Below are positions 16,466-28,635 of a stretch of DNA of 64,000 bases, piece by piece. Positions within the stretch are counted from its first letter, which is position 1, and every line of letters begins with the position of its first letter. The notes under the pieces were generated by a model. The model did no database searches and was not told where the DNA came from. It saw nothing but the letters and a program-made list of their open reading frames with translations. The DNA is taken from the NCBI GenBank assembly GCA_965140585.1, contig OZ223272.1, positions 480,001 through 544,000 on the forward strand, given 5' to 3'. A program made the position numbers and the translations under genes. The stretch is from Spirochaetia bacterium (lineage in GTDB: Bacteria; Spirochaetota; Spirochaetia; UBA9216).

Positions 16466-18208
16466 TCAGCCTTTATTTTCAATTGCCTCGTTCAGTTGTT
16501 TCATAAAATCAGCAAATGGAACACCGTTAGTCTGTTTTCCGGAACGGAATCTTACAGAGACCGCACCTTCTTCAGCCTCTTTCTCACCCAGAACCAGCAT
16601 ATAGGGAATCTTCTGATTCTGTGCATTTCTAATCTTTGCGTTCATGCGATCATCTGAAAGATCAGTTTCAACCCTTATTCCTGCGGCTCTCAGTTCGGCT
16701 GCCACCTTCTTTGCATATTCATCAAAAGCTGCAGCAACAGGAATAACTTCAACCTGGACGGGAGCAAGCCACACAGGGAAGGCTCCGCCGAAGTGCTCGA
16801 TAAGCACGCCGAAGAACCTTTCGATAGATCCCAGAAGTGCACGGTGAATCATGTAGGGCTGTTTTTCCTTACCATCCTGATCAACGAAGGTCATTTTAAA
16901 CCTTTCAGGAAGGTTGAAGTCAAATTGTATTGTTGACAGCTGCCAGGCGCGGCCCATGGCATCCTTTATCTTGATATCGATTTTCGGACCGTAGAATGCT
17001 CCACCTCCCTCGTCAACCTCATACTCAAGACCTTCTTTTACAATAGCCTTCCTGAGTGATTCGGTTGCTGCTTCCCATTTGGACTCATCACCAACACTCT
17101 TTCCACCGCCCGGCTTGGTTGACAGGTAGGCCTTAAACTCGGTAAATCCGAAAGATTTAAGCATATATAGCGAGAACCGCAGCGTTTCTGCTATCTCATC
17201 TTCCATCTGATCCGGTGTACAGAAAATATGCGCATCATCTTGGGTAAATCCCCGGACACGCATCAGTCCGTGAAGAACTCCTGATTTCTCATAACGGTAA
17301 ACGGTTCCAAGCTCCGCCCATCTGCAGGGAAGATCACGGTAGCTGTGCTTCTTGTTGTTGTAGATCATTATATGGAAGGGGCAGTTCATCGGCTTGGCGT
17401 AGTAGTCGCTTGCGTCCATTTCCATGGAGTTAAACATCCCCTCTTTGTAGAAATCAAGGTGTCCGGAAGTTTCCCAGAGCCAGGATTTACCTACATGCGG
17501 GGTATAAACCATCTCATAACCGTTTTTATAGTGCTCTTTTCTCCAGAAATCTTCAATTGCGAGTCTGATTCTTGCACCCTTGGGATGCCAGTAAACCATT
17601 CCGGGACCGGCTTCCTCATGAAGACTGAACAGCTCCAGTTCTTTCCCAAGCTTTCTGTGGTCGCGTTTTTCCATCTCTTCAAGATGCTGCAGATGCATCC
17701 TAAGTTCCTTCGGGTTACTCCAGGCTGTACCGTATATACGCTGAAGCATCGGTCTGCTTTCATCACCCCGCCAGTATGCCCCGGCTATGGAAAGAAGCTT
17801 GAATGACTGAGGATTAAGTTTTCCGGTATTTTCAACATGGGGACCGCGGCAGAGATCTGTGAACCCACCCTGGTTGTAGGTTGTAATAACCGCATCTTCA
17901 GGAAGGTCATTGATCAGCTCAACCTTGTAGGGCTGATCCTTGAAAAGCTCAAGGGCCTCCGCCTTTGAGACTTCAGTTCTTACAAACTCTTTCTTTTCCT
18001 TCATTATTTCCTGCATAACCTTTGTAATTTCTTCAAGGTCATCAGGACCGATTGAGCGCGGCAGATCGAAGTCATAATAGAATCCGTTTTCTATAGACGG
18101 TCCGATTGCTATTCGGGCTTCGGGAAACAGTTTTAAAACAGCCTCCGCCATTACATGCGCTGTAGAGTGCCTTATTAATTCAAGTTTTTCGTTTTTTTCT
18201 TCTGCCAT
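16466..18208 (-). CDS. thrS: Threonine--tRNA ligase (short N-terminus)
   Basis: RHSTAH, DLCRGPH, GAYWRG, RDHRKLG, KPMNCP, GAFYGPKID. Confidence 0.97.
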   Translation of the reverse strand: MAEEKNEKLELIRHSTAHVMAEAVLKLFPEARIAIGPSIENGFYYDFDLPRSIGPDDLEEITKVMQEIMKEKKEFVRTEVSKAEALELFKDQPYKVELINDLPEDAVITTYNQGGFTDLCRGPHVENTGKLNPQSFKLLSIAGAYWRGDESRPMLQRIYGTAWSNPKELRMHLQHLEEMEKRDHRKLGKELELFSLHEEAGPGMVYWHPKGARIRLAIEDFWRKEHYKNGYEMVYTPHVGKSWLWETSGHLDFYKEGMFNSMEMDASDYYAKPMNCPFHIMIYNNKKHSYRDLPCRWAELGTVYRYEKSGVLHGLMRVRGFTQDDAHIFCTPDQMEDEIAETLRFSLYMLKSFGFTEFKAYLSTKPGGGKSVGDESKWEAATESLRKAIVKEGLEYEVDEGGGAFYGPKIDIKIKDAMGRAWQLSTIQFDFNLPERFKMTFVDQDGKEKQPYMIHRALLGSIERFFGVLIEHFGGAFPVWLAPVQVEVIPVAAAFDEYAKKVAAELRAAGIRVETDLSDDRMNAKIRNAQNQKIPYMLVLGEKEAEEGAVSVRFRSGKQTNGVPFADFMKQLNEAIENKG

Positions 18209-18242
18209 ATTTATCTCCCCGGCAGGCAAGGTTATAAAATTC

Positions 18243-18597
18243 AAAAAAGCCCTTACGCCTGCCATCCTTACGTATTATGCAAGGACGAAAAGCATAAGGG
18301 CTCTTTCAAGCCGTTTCGCTATCCGCGGTTCCACCTTACTTCGTCAGATAAAAACAGGTTTAAGAAAACTTGTTTTTATCCACGCACCTTATGGAAGATT
18401 TTTACGTGTCGTCCACGGCCCGGAATAATTGCAGAAATAGACGGGCAGAGTCCTTAAGGACTTTGGCCGGATTTTTCCACGTTCCTGCGGGCAGCTCGGG
18501 AGTGGTTTTGGGCGGGCAGTCATCAGCACCTTCCAGCCTGTGGGTGCTTTCTCTATCGATAACTGTAACCGCTTACTCGTCTCCGTCTATGCTGTTA
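18243..18597 (-). promoter_or_regulatory. T-box riboswitch (Thr, ACC specifier)
   Basis: Minus strand: AGTA bulge, AGAGA and GGCTGGAA stem I motifs, ACC specifier, T-box AAGGTGGAACCGCG, terminator CCCTTATGC...GCGTAAGGGCTTTTTT; TTGACA upstream at 18626-18631. Confidence 0.88.
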
Positions 18598-18636
18598 TTT
18601 ATAATATGCTAATTTGAATCCAAAGTGTCAAGACAA

Positions 18637-19746
18637 TCAATAATTCAGAAGCTGAATCTCGCCGTCAATTATTGTGTAGGCAGTCATTCCGCTGGTACAG
18701 TCACCGTACTTATCGAAAGAGTAGTCAAGATTCACACCGCTGTATCGACCTTTACTGATTATTTCATTCTTAATCCTGCCGGGATCCATCTTTTTTTCAG
18801 TAACTGCTGTTTGGTAAAGAAGCTTTACCAGATCATAGTTTTTAACAGATTGAAAGGTCGGTTCTGTACCGAATCTTTCATGGTATACATTCACAAAATC
18901 GGCATATGCATCAGATTCCGAATCGCCGCCGTTCGAAACAATCGCAACGACCCCTTCCACTGCCTGACCGCCGTTTTCAATAAATTCATTGGATAAACCC
19001 CAGGGGGCAATCAGCTTAAGCCTGGGCCTGGCACTCATGTGCTGAAAAATAAGGGCTGAATCAAATGGATTGGCGATAACAAGAACGGTATCCGGTGCAA
19101 TGTCGGAGGCCTGTGCAGCAATATCTTTGAAATTCGGATTGTTCAGTGTATTGTAGATAATCCGGGAAATCATTTTCGGGAGTCCCGAACCATTCAGCTG
19201 TTTGACGAAGCTCTCGGAAAGGCTTTGTGAATACATCTGATTACTGCCGTCAGCAATTATTAATGCGTTTGTGACTCCATTCTCTGAAGCATACTTTCCA
19301 AGAACAGTACCAAAGGTAGAAGACGAAACCTCTGTTCTTATAAGATTATCATCCTTGCCTGTAAAGACTTCTGAGGACACCGTTGATGAAAGAGCCAGAA
19401 CATCGCTTCCGTCAATCAGATCGGCGGCCTCTCCATAGTTTGAACTTACAACCGCCATAACCAGAAACTTGACATCCTCTTCAAGAAGTTCCTTAACCCT
19501 GCCTTTTATAATATCCCGATCACTTTCGTCATCTTTAATAGTTAATGCAATTTTCAGTTCATTTTCATTGTTTATCTCTTCTACTGCAAGCAGAGCCCCG
19601 TTTCTGGCAGAGGTAAGCAGGGATGAGTATTTTCCGGTCAAACTTACAACCATTCCTATGCTTAAAGACCGTTCACCGGAACCGCATGATAGAAGGAGAA
19701 TCAGAATAACAAAAACAGTTAACTTTTTCGTAAATACATTCCTCAA
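18637..19746 (-). CDS. Leu/Ile/Val-type periplasmic binding lipoprotein
   Basis: Lipobox LLSC; IGMVVSLTG...NGALLAVEEIN. Confidence 0.85.
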   Translation of the reverse strand: MRNVFTKKLTVFVILILLLSCGSGERSLSIGMVVSLTGKYSSLLTSARNGALLAVEEINNENELKIALTIKDDESDRDIIKGRVKELLEEDVKFLVMAVVSSNYGEAADLIDGSDVLALSSTVSSEVFTGKDDNLIRTEVSSSTFGTVLGKYASENGVTNALIIADGSNQMYSQSLSESFVKQLNGSGLPKMISRIIYNTLNNPNFKDIAAQASDIAPDTVLVIANPFDSALIFQHMSARPRLKLIAPWGLSNEFIENGGQAVEGVVAIVSNGGDSESDAYADFVNVYHERFGTEPTFQSVKNYDLVKLLYQTAVTEKKMDPGRIKNEIISKGRYSGVNLDYSFDKYGDCTSGMTAYTIIDGEIQLLNY

Positions 19747-19784
19747 AGTAGACTTACTTTAATAATAGTATGATAATTTAGATT

Positions 19785-21476
19785 ATGCAAAGAGTCATAA
19801 AAAGTTTCAGGCTTCAGCTTCTTACAGGAATGATACTATTCTCATTTTTTGCAGTTCTAATCTCACTTATACTGGTAATTTCAACAGACAGGATTTATAA
19901 AAAGCGGATGATGTCTGAAATAGACAGTCTGACTGAAATAGTGAGTCAAAGTATTGATCATAACTTTTATATACCGGTCAGTTATCTTAAAGGTATCAGA
20001 ACTTATTTCAATGAACATTATGAGCTCGGCCAGAGTTCTGATGACCCCTGCTTTATTTCGGATATGATAGAATATACGCAAACTTTTGAGGCAATTGCGC
20101 TAGTAGATGAGAAGGGAGAAGTATCTGATATGTGGCCCTTCGAAGAGAATTTTCTCGGGATTGATATTACCAACCAGCCCTTCTACAAAAAGGACCTTGC
20201 GCCCGATGAAGTTTACTGGTCGGGCAGCTTTCTATCATTTATTTCCGGAGCACCCACAATTGCCATGTCCACAAGATGTGATGCCGGCATTCTGATAGCC
20301 TTCTATAATATGAAACAGCTGGAACAGTATATTTCCATAGAAGTTGAGTATGAATCGGATTTTATTGCTATTCTTGACAGCAGGGGGAATATTGTTACCC
20401 AGTCCAGGAATTCAGACAAACTTATCGGAAACCTTAACAACCTTCCTGCGATCCAGAACTCAATAAGTGGAGATTACGGAACCTCAATTAACTATCTCTT
20501 CAATAAAAAAGGACTGGTCAGTGTAAAAAAAACAGATATCAGCGGATATATGATCCTTGTCTTCAAGGATTATGATCTGATGTACCGTAAAATATATATT
20601 GTTACAACCTCACTGCTCCTCTCAATTATTTTCATTGCAGCGGTCTTTACCACTATAGCTTTTCTTATTATAAGGAGATTTTTTCTGCCTCTTTCAGAAT
20701 TTCAGTTATCGATGAGCAGTGCCGCCTCTGGCAGATACGATCAGATGAAACCCGCTGCCTACAGTGAATTTCAGTCCCTTGCCAACAGTTTCTCAAAAAT
20801 GATAAATAAAATTCAAAGCAGGGAAACTTCGCTAAATGAGGCAATTTCAGAAAGAGAAACACTGCTTTCAGAGCTGAATCACCGGACAAAAAACAACATG
20901 CAGATGATAATAGCCCTAATGCAGCTCTATGAAAATCAGTACCAGGATGCGGATCCTCAGCAGATTCTGAAAAAAATCAAATCCAAAATTGAATCCATAG
21001 CCCTTATACACGAAAATTTTTATAATTCAGCAGAGCTCTCACATATAAATTTTAAAAACTATATAACCGAGCTTGTCCCAATTCTGATTTACAGCTTTAC
21101 GCCCCCTTCAAAGCAGATAGAGTATCATATTGTTTCGGGAGAGCTGCATCTGCTCATCGATTATTCCATTCCGCTTGGACTGGTAATTAATGAGCTGATT
21201 ATGAACAGTCTTAAATATGCTTTTAATGAAACAGACAATGGATTGATAGAAATAGATGTAAAAATCTGCGAAGAGAATACACTGGAAGTCCGGTACCGGG
21301 ATAACGGACCGGGGCTGTCTGCCGGATTTGATATAGAAACAACAGAATCACTAGGCCTGTCAATAATTAACAATCTTGTAACATCACAACTTAACGGAAC
21401 TCTTACATTTCCGGATGATGCACATTTTTCATGTATAATCCGAATTAATCTGGAAACCTATAACCAGCGAATCTGA
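19785..21476 (+). CDS. Sensor histidine kinase (Cache-HAMP, HisKA_2/HWE type)
   Basis: ELNHRTKNNMQ H-box, NELIMNSLKYAF, DNGPG, SLGL; two TM segments. Confidence 0.9.
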   Translation: MQRVIKSFRLQLLTGMILFSFFAVLISLILVISTDRIYKKRMMSEIDSLTEIVSQSIDHNFYIPVSYLKGIRTYFNEHYELGQSSDDPCFISDMIEYTQTFEAIALVDEKGEVSDMWPFEENFLGIDITNQPFYKKDLAPDEVYWSGSFLSFISGAPTIAMSTRCDAGILIAFYNMKQLEQYISIEVEYESDFIAILDSRGNIVTQSRNSDKLIGNLNNLPAIQNSISGDYGTSINYLFNKKGLVSVKKTDISGYMILVFKDYDLMYRKIYIVTTSLLLSIIFIAAVFTTIAFLIIRRFFLPLSEFQLSMSSAASGRYDQMKPAAYSEFQSLANSFSKMINKIQSRETSLNEAISERETLLSELNHRTKNNMQMIIALMQLYENQYQDADPQQILKKIKSKIESIALIHENFYNSAELSHINFKNYITELVPILIYSFTPPSKQIEYHIVSGELHLLIDYSIPLGLVINELIMNSLKYAFNETDNGLIEIDVKICEENTLEVRYRDNGPGLSAGFDIETTESLGLSIINNLVTSQLNGTLTFPDDAHFSCIIRINLETYNQRI

Positions 21477-21478
21477 GT

Positions 21479-21775
21479 TTAACTGATAACCGAAATCTTC
21501 TTTATACCGTCAGGAACAGTATATACACCAAGAAGTTTCTTCATATCATCAATTTCAGAGAGCGTGGCTCCGCTTTTTTCATTGTAGGCATTCAGGACAT
21601 ATTTAAGATCATCCCCGTTATCATCAAAAAGCGCTGAACAGAAAGCAGCACGGTACAGACCCTTATCTGCCAGCGCTTTTGTACCAAGCTTTCCATATTC
21701 CTTTTTGGCCTTTCCGTCGATGATTGCCGACTCACCCTGGAATCCGATTGAAAACACAAATTCTTCTCTGGTCAT
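21479..21775 (-). CDS. Hypothetical protein
   Basis: 98 aa with AAGGGGTG RBS. Confidence 0.7.
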   Translation of the reverse strand: MTREEFVFSIGFQGESAIIDGKAKKEYGKLGTKALADKGLYRAAFCSALFDDNGDDLKYVLNAYNEKSGATLSEIDDMKKLLGVYTVPDGIKKISVIS

Positions 21776-21789
21776 ACTTTCACCCCTTC

Positions 21790-21822
21790 AAAAAAAAGCC
21801 CCGCCCAAAACCGGGCAGGGCT
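21790..21822 (-). terminator. Rho-independent terminator after groEL
   Basis: Minus strand AGCCCTGCCC-GGTTTT-GGGCGGGGCT-TTTTTTT. Confidence 0.8.
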
Positions 21823-21952
21823 GTATAAATCATTCTATCAACCAATCAAAAAGCCTGATTGATCGTATTTTTAATTGGTCATTATGGACGTTTTGTACGG
21901 AAATCCATTTCCGGACAAATACTCCAAAAACAAAAAAGCTAAGCTTTTTTGT

Positions 21953-23593
<1,641 letters not shown>

Positions 23594-23845
23594 TTATATT
23601 ACCTCTCTTATTTTTGGTTTTACCAGCTGCGGATGACAAAGAAGCAGATATCTGCCTTCTGTCTGATAAAACTCCGCAAATACCCCCCGACATAGTGGAG
23701 GTTTCTTTTCTGTATGAATTTTCTGTTATTAAGATACAAATATTAATACTGATCATCAACAGAAAAATTAAAAAATTTTTGCAGTAATTGTATTTAGTAA
23801 ATATATGCTTGACTTTATATCCTTTTCGGTGCAAAAAATAAAGCG

Positions 23846-25309
23846 ATGGCTGTTAAAAATCCGGAAAATATACTTTTAATCGTAAGATTCTTCTCAGAAT
23901 TCAGCGAAAAGCTGCCGGAAATGACTGAAAAACTGTCGGAACTTCTGGCTGAAGATTCTTCAGGGCTGATTCCGGGCTCGGTGGCACTCAATATACCTGC
24001 TGATCCGGAAACGCTTGCAGTTTCAGAGAAAGCGGGATTCCATATACTGCCGTCAGGAAAGAAAGGCTTACCGCTTCTCAACCTGCCTGCAGGGGATATT
24101 GATGCAGAAATTGATGTGCTAGGTCCTTACATCATGCCGGCAGCCGCAGACTGCTGCAATACCACCCTTTTAAATAAGCTTACAGAAAAAAAACTGAGCC
24201 TGCTCTGTATCAGAAAAATCGGAAACAAACCGGTTCTGACACTGACAGATGCTGAAAAGGAAATCAGTATTCCTGCCTTAATTGTAAATGCAGCTGCTGA
24301 ATCAGGAAAACTTACGGCCGTTCTTTCAGAACTGAAAAATACAGGAAACACTGCGGCTCTGGTTTTTGATTATTACCCGGGGGATGATGAAAAGTTTTCT
24401 GAATTCCTTAATATACTTAAACTTAAATTCCTAAGGAAAAACAGGATTAACTTTATTGCTCCTGAAGCTCTCAAGCAGATTAGCACTGAAGCACTTTCAA
24501 AAATCTCAGCGCTCCCATGCTCAGGCCCGGCTTCAACCCCGCTTTTTCGGAGCAGGATGATTCCCGAGAACAGCTTTTCATCTGTCGCATCCGCAGCCGG
24601 AGCAAGAACACTTGTTGCCAACATGAGCGGACAGACCCAGCTGGCCGGAGAGAAGATAAATCTTCACTTTTACAGAGGCAGACCGACTGGAGTTTCCTGT
24701 TCAAAGCTCAGTATTCTCAACTGGACCGGAGGCGGCGCCTCAATCAAAACCTCGGAAGGGGTTTTCAAGTACACAAATGAAAGTGCTTTTTCATTCGAAG
24801 ACGAAGATGAGTACGGAATGCGTACTCTTCAGTATCCCGAAAAACTCAGCCAGGATAGCCGAATCATCACAGATTTTTATTTTTCAGATAATTTTGACGA
24901 TCCTCTTATTTCAATATTTTCTGATTACCCGGAACTTCCGGATGATTCTGTAGTTTATGAGGCATCCCTTTGCGAAATACCTCTTTTCGATCTGAGACGC
25001 GGAGAAATCAAAATTGAATATTCATCTTCCGACGGAAGTTCAGGTTCGGCAGAACCGGGCAGAGGGATCGGTAAATGGCTCATTCCCGGAAACAGGTTTA
25101 CACTTAAATCGGGAAAACGTATTGTTGAAATCAGTTATTATAGCGATACGAACGGAATCAACCCGGGACTGCCGGTGAAAATTGCCGGCCACAGGGGCAG
25201 GCGGTACTTTTTCGTTAACCCGGGCGGTAACTACTATCCGGTGCCTGCCTGGTTCTACAGCGGACACCGCGATCACATACAGTTCAGCTTCAAAGCCGTT
25301 GAAATCTGA
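23846..25309 (+). CDS. Hypothetical protein
   Basis: 487-aa ORF; no motif recognised. Confidence 0.7.
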   Translation: MAVKNPENILLIVRFFSEFSEKLPEMTEKLSELLAEDSSGLIPGSVALNIPADPETLAVSEKAGFHILPSGKKGLPLLNLPAGDIDAEIDVLGPYIMPAAADCCNTTLLNKLTEKKLSLLCIRKIGNKPVLTLTDAEKEISIPALIVNAAAESGKLTAVLSELKNTGNTAALVFDYYPGDDEKFSEFLNILKLKFLRKNRINFIAPEALKQISTEALSKISALPCSGPASTPLFRSRMIPENSFSSVASAAGARTLVANMSGQTQLAGEKINLHFYRGRPTGVSCSKLSILNWTGGGASIKTSEGVFKYTNESAFSFEDEDEYGMRTLQYPEKLSQDSRIITDFYFSDNFDDPLISIFSDYPELPDDSVVYEASLCEIPLFDLRRGEIKIEYSSSDGSSGSAEPGRGIGKWLIPGNRFTLKSGKRIVEISYYSDTNGINPGLPVKIAGHRGRRYFFVNPGGNYYPVPAWFYSGHRDHIQFSFKAVEI

Positions 25310-26167
25310 TTAAACTATCAGCTCGCCGCTTGAGTATTCACAGGACTTACCGTTTACATCAATCAATAAAGCACCGCTTAAACCTACTCCTGCCATGACT
25401 CCGCTTACAACAGCTCCCGAAGCCCCCGAGGAGAAATCATCAGGCATGCCTGTTCTGAATTCAACATTTTCTCCAATGCGGTAAAGCCGTTTTTCCAGCC
25501 TTGCCTGCCACTGATTCTCAGAAACAGTACTTTGAAGTTTTTCAAGAAACAGCTGAAGCAGTCGGTTACCATAAGGTCCGTATCCGGGTCCGTCTGCTGA
25601 TTCATAGTATAATGCTTCTCCGGAAGTCACCGGCTTTCCCGAACCGGAAAGAAGCTCCATACTGGTTGCGGGTCTTCTGAATCCCTCATCATGTTTTTCA
25701 AGCCTGAGATTAATACCGACACCGGCGTAAATGAACCTTCCCGAAGCCTCGCATAATATTCCGCATATTTTACGGCCGTCCGCCAGAACATCATTAGGCC
25801 ACTTGATTGAAACAGTCCCCTTCGGAGTCCCTGCAAACTCTTCGATCGCCTCAGCCGCGGCAATACCGCATAGAAGGGGTAAAAGAGTAAACGGCTTATC
25901 ACCCATAGCAGGGTTAATATGATCCTGATGAAATATCACTGTAAAAAGAAGACTTCCGCCGTGCTCCGACTCCCAGCGCCTGCCGTCTATTCTGCCGCGG
26001 CCGCTGTTCTGGAATCCTGCCGCAATTACCGAACCGGAGGGCGCCTCATCACGCGCAAGAACACGGGCATCACTCATGGTTGATTCAGTTTCACCAATAT
26101 ACCAGACCGGGGATTGTTTACCATTGACAGAGAACGGGTTAATTATATCAGGAATAAGCTCATACAT
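25310..26167 (-). CDS. birA: Biotin--protein ligase (no HTH domain)
   Basis: STM, QNSGRGR, KWPND...KICGILCE, GVGIN. Confidence 0.88.
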   Translation of the reverse strand: MYELIPDIINPFSVNGKQSPVWYIGETESTMSDARVLARDEAPSGSVIAAGFQNSGRGRIDGRRWESEHGGSLLFTVIFHQDHINPAMGDKPFTLLPLLCGIAAAEAIEEFAGTPKGTVSIKWPNDVLADGRKICGILCEASGRFIYAGVGINLRLEKHDEGFRRPATSMELLSGSGKPVTSGEALYYESADGPGYGPYGNRLLQLFLEKLQSTVSENQWQARLEKRLYRIGENVEFRTGMPDDFSSGASGAVVSGVMAGVGLSGALLIDVNGKSCEYSSGELIV

Positions 26168-27263
26168 TATCGGATCTCTGAATTATTCCGCCGCCAATGA
26201 CGAGCTCTCCGTCATAAAAGACTGCTGACTGGCCGGGGGTGGCTACGGCCGGAGATTCAAGACGAACCTCAAACCTGTCATCACCTGCGGGAGTAATCTG
26301 TGCGGCATATTCTGTTGAATTGTATCTGACCTGAACTTTGCATTCCAGCTGCTTTACAGGTTTGTCTATAAACCAGTTTGTATCAGAAATAACAAAATCA
26401 TCAGTGCCCTGCTCTTCCTTCCGGCCTACAACTACACGGTTATCCGCGGGGTCAATCGAGACAACATACCAGGGGCCGTTACCCAGCCCAAGACCCTTGC
26501 GCTGACCGATTGTATAGTGAAGGAACCCTCTCGACGGCCCCAGCTTCTTCCCGCTTGTATCACAGATTGTTCCGGGATGATCATTTTTATCCAGAACATC
26601 TGAAGGAAGGTAGCGCTTCATGAATTTTATATAATCATCATCTATAAAACAGATATCCTGACTTTCCTTGATGGCCTTGCCGAAGAATCCGTGTTCATCA
26701 GCTATATCCTTGATTCTCTCCTTGGTGTACTCTCCAAGCGGAAAAATACAGTGCTGCAGAACTTCACGCTTTATTCGATAAAGCATGTAGGACTGATCTT
26801 TTGACGGGTCGGCTGCCTTACGAAGGAACAGCCTGCCGTCTGACTCTGCAGTACGGACATAATGACCCGTGCAGAAGTAAAAATCCCCGGCCGATGCCCC
26901 CTCCTTTTCACAGGCGATATTGAGGCAGCTGCGGTAAAACTCGCTGAATCGGACCCTCTCATTGCAGCGTACACAGGGGTTGGGAGTCATCCCGGAAAGA
27001 TAGTTTCCGGCAAAATCATCCATAACACTTTTCCGGAAAAGGCTCTCAAGATCGACTACATGGTAATTTATACCGAGCCTGCTGCAGACATTGCCCGCCC
27101 TTTCCTGAAGACCGGGACTCGAAAGCCTCAGCTCATCCCACCAGTGGGTAACTCCGAATATTTTATTGTCAGGATAAATCTCCCGGAAGCCGGGATCATT
27201 TTTAAGAAGCCAGGCGGCAGCGCTTGAATCCACCCCGCCGCTCATTGCTACAGCAGTTATCAT
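26160..27263 (-). CDS. mnmA: tRNA 2-thiouridylase
   Basis: AMSGGVDS, TPNPCVRCN, TGHY, KDQSY, ESQDICF, TPGQSAVFY. Confidence 0.96.
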   Translation of the reverse strand: MITAVAMSGGVDSSAAAWLLKNDPGFREIYPDNKIFGVTHWWDELRLSSPGLQERAGNVCSRLGINYHVVDLESLFRKSVMDDFAGNYLSGMTPNPCVRCNERVRFSEFYRSCLNIACEKEGASAGDFYFCTGHYVRTAESDGRLFLRKAADPSKDQSYMLYRIKREVLQHCIFPLGEYTKERIKDIADEHGFFGKAIKESQDICFIDDDYIKFMKRYLPSDVLDKNDHPGTICDTSGKKLGPSRGFLHYTIGQRKGLGLGNGPWYVVSIDPADNRVVVGRKEEQGTDDFVISDTNWFIDKPVKQLECKVQVRYNSTEYAAQITPAGDDRFEVRLESPAVATPGQSAVFYDGELVIGGGIIQRSDNV

Positions 27264-27289
27264 TTTTCAAATATAGTATTAATGGAGAC

Positions 27290-27318
27290 AAAAAAAAAGC
27301 GGCTGTAAAAACAGCCGC
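27290..27318 (-). terminator. Rho-independent terminator
   Basis: GCGGCTGT/ACAGCCGC stem followed by a T-run. Confidence 0.75.
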
Positions 27319-27331
27319 CTGCTGGGTAGAA

Positions 27332-27976
27332 TTACATTGTTAACGAAAAGGTTCCGGATTCACCGCTAAGGACATAGCCATTAACAGTTCCAGTACAATC
27401 ATAGGTTGCAATTGCGGATGTACTGCTGTCAGAAAGAGTCATCGAATAATCCAAGGAATTAACAACATCTATTTCAATATCAGTATCAAGATCCGCTCCG
27501 GTTATATGGAGGGTATCATCATCTCTAGTATAAAAGAGCAACTTGTAACTGTATGTGTAGGTAGTGAGATTAACGATCGTGAATGCATAGGTATACTCAT
27601 AATACATTGTACCATCAAGAGTATATACAGTGGAATTATCATCCTCATCAGTATAGGCTACCTCATAATCTGTGAAAGATACAGAAAATGTACCTACAGC
27701 ATTGGTTAAACTATCCTCACCGTCATAATCTGAAGAATATACAAATTCAGCTACTCCACCACCGCTCTGTTCATAAGTAAATGTATTATCTACCGTTGCA
27801 CCTAATCCGCGACTTCCAGCACTGTCATCTACTTCATTAAACCCTGAAGATAAAACCTGTACTGTTTTTACTGCAGTAGCTTCATCCATTTCATCAATAT
27901 TTCCACAGGATGATAACCCCAGGATTATTGCAACAATACTTGTTAATATAAGAAATCGTTTCATATTTCCCTCCAT
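27332..27976 (-). CDS. Acidic lipoprotein of unknown function
   Basis: Lipobox LSSC; beta-rich and Asp/Thr/Tyr-rich. Confidence 0.8.
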   Translation of the reverse strand: MEGNMKRFLILTSIVAIILGLSSCGNIDEMDEATAVKTVQVLSSGFNEVDDSAGSRGLGATVDNTFTYEQSGGGVAEFVYSSDYDGEDSLTNAVGTFSVSFTDYEVAYTDEDDNSTVYTLDGTMYYEYTYAFTIVNLTTYTYSYKLLFYTRDDDTLHITGADLDTDIEIDVVNSLDYSMTLSDSSTSAIATYDCTGTVNGYVLSGESGTFSLTM

Positions 27977-28125
27977 AAAAAACGTTTATTCTTTTATCGA
28001 TTAATATAACACCCTTTTCACAGGAAACAAATGAGTTTCTACTCACTTTAATATTTACATACAGTTTACCCATTTTTTACACTCCCCGGATCTACATTAA
28101 ATACATACAGAAACAGGGAGTTGAA

Positions 28126-28513
28126 ATGAAAAAGAAATCACACTTTAACCCGAAACACATTCTGCTTCTTCTTTTTACGGCTTCAGCTGTGCTGTTTACA
28201 TCATGCCTGACAGACAAAGAAGAAGAAAATAATCAGCCGTCCATGCAGCAGCCTCCGCAGGACGGAATGCTGGGTCCTCCACCGGGAGTACATGCTGATA
28301 AGCAGCATATTGCGGCACTGCTTAAAGGGCTGTATACGCTTGACGGTGGTGAAGACTCTCGCAGCGGTGCTCGTAACTAAAGGCTTAAACATCAGCCTTA
28401 AAAGCAAAAATATTGTTACGACAGAGGGTTCGAAGCCGCGTGTGTGTAAGGACGAAACCCAGTTCATCAACCGGAATTCTGCTGGAGTCGTCTCCGGACA
28501 GATGGGATACTGA
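28126..28513 (+). pseudogene. Frameshifted/truncated lipoprotein (beta-helix-type) remnant
   Basis: Lipobox FTSC ORF stops at 28380; similar-looking sequence (AVLVTKG...FINRNSAGVV) continues in another frame. Confidence 0.45.
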
Positions 28514-28635
28514 TAGAAACAACGGAAACAGGCTGGTTCCCGCTTTTATCTCTGATGCCGATTTCTGCTCATTATGGGGTCAGGAAAATCTGTTATATTT
28601 TTGATTAATTCTTGAATGACGGTTATACTCAGCCC

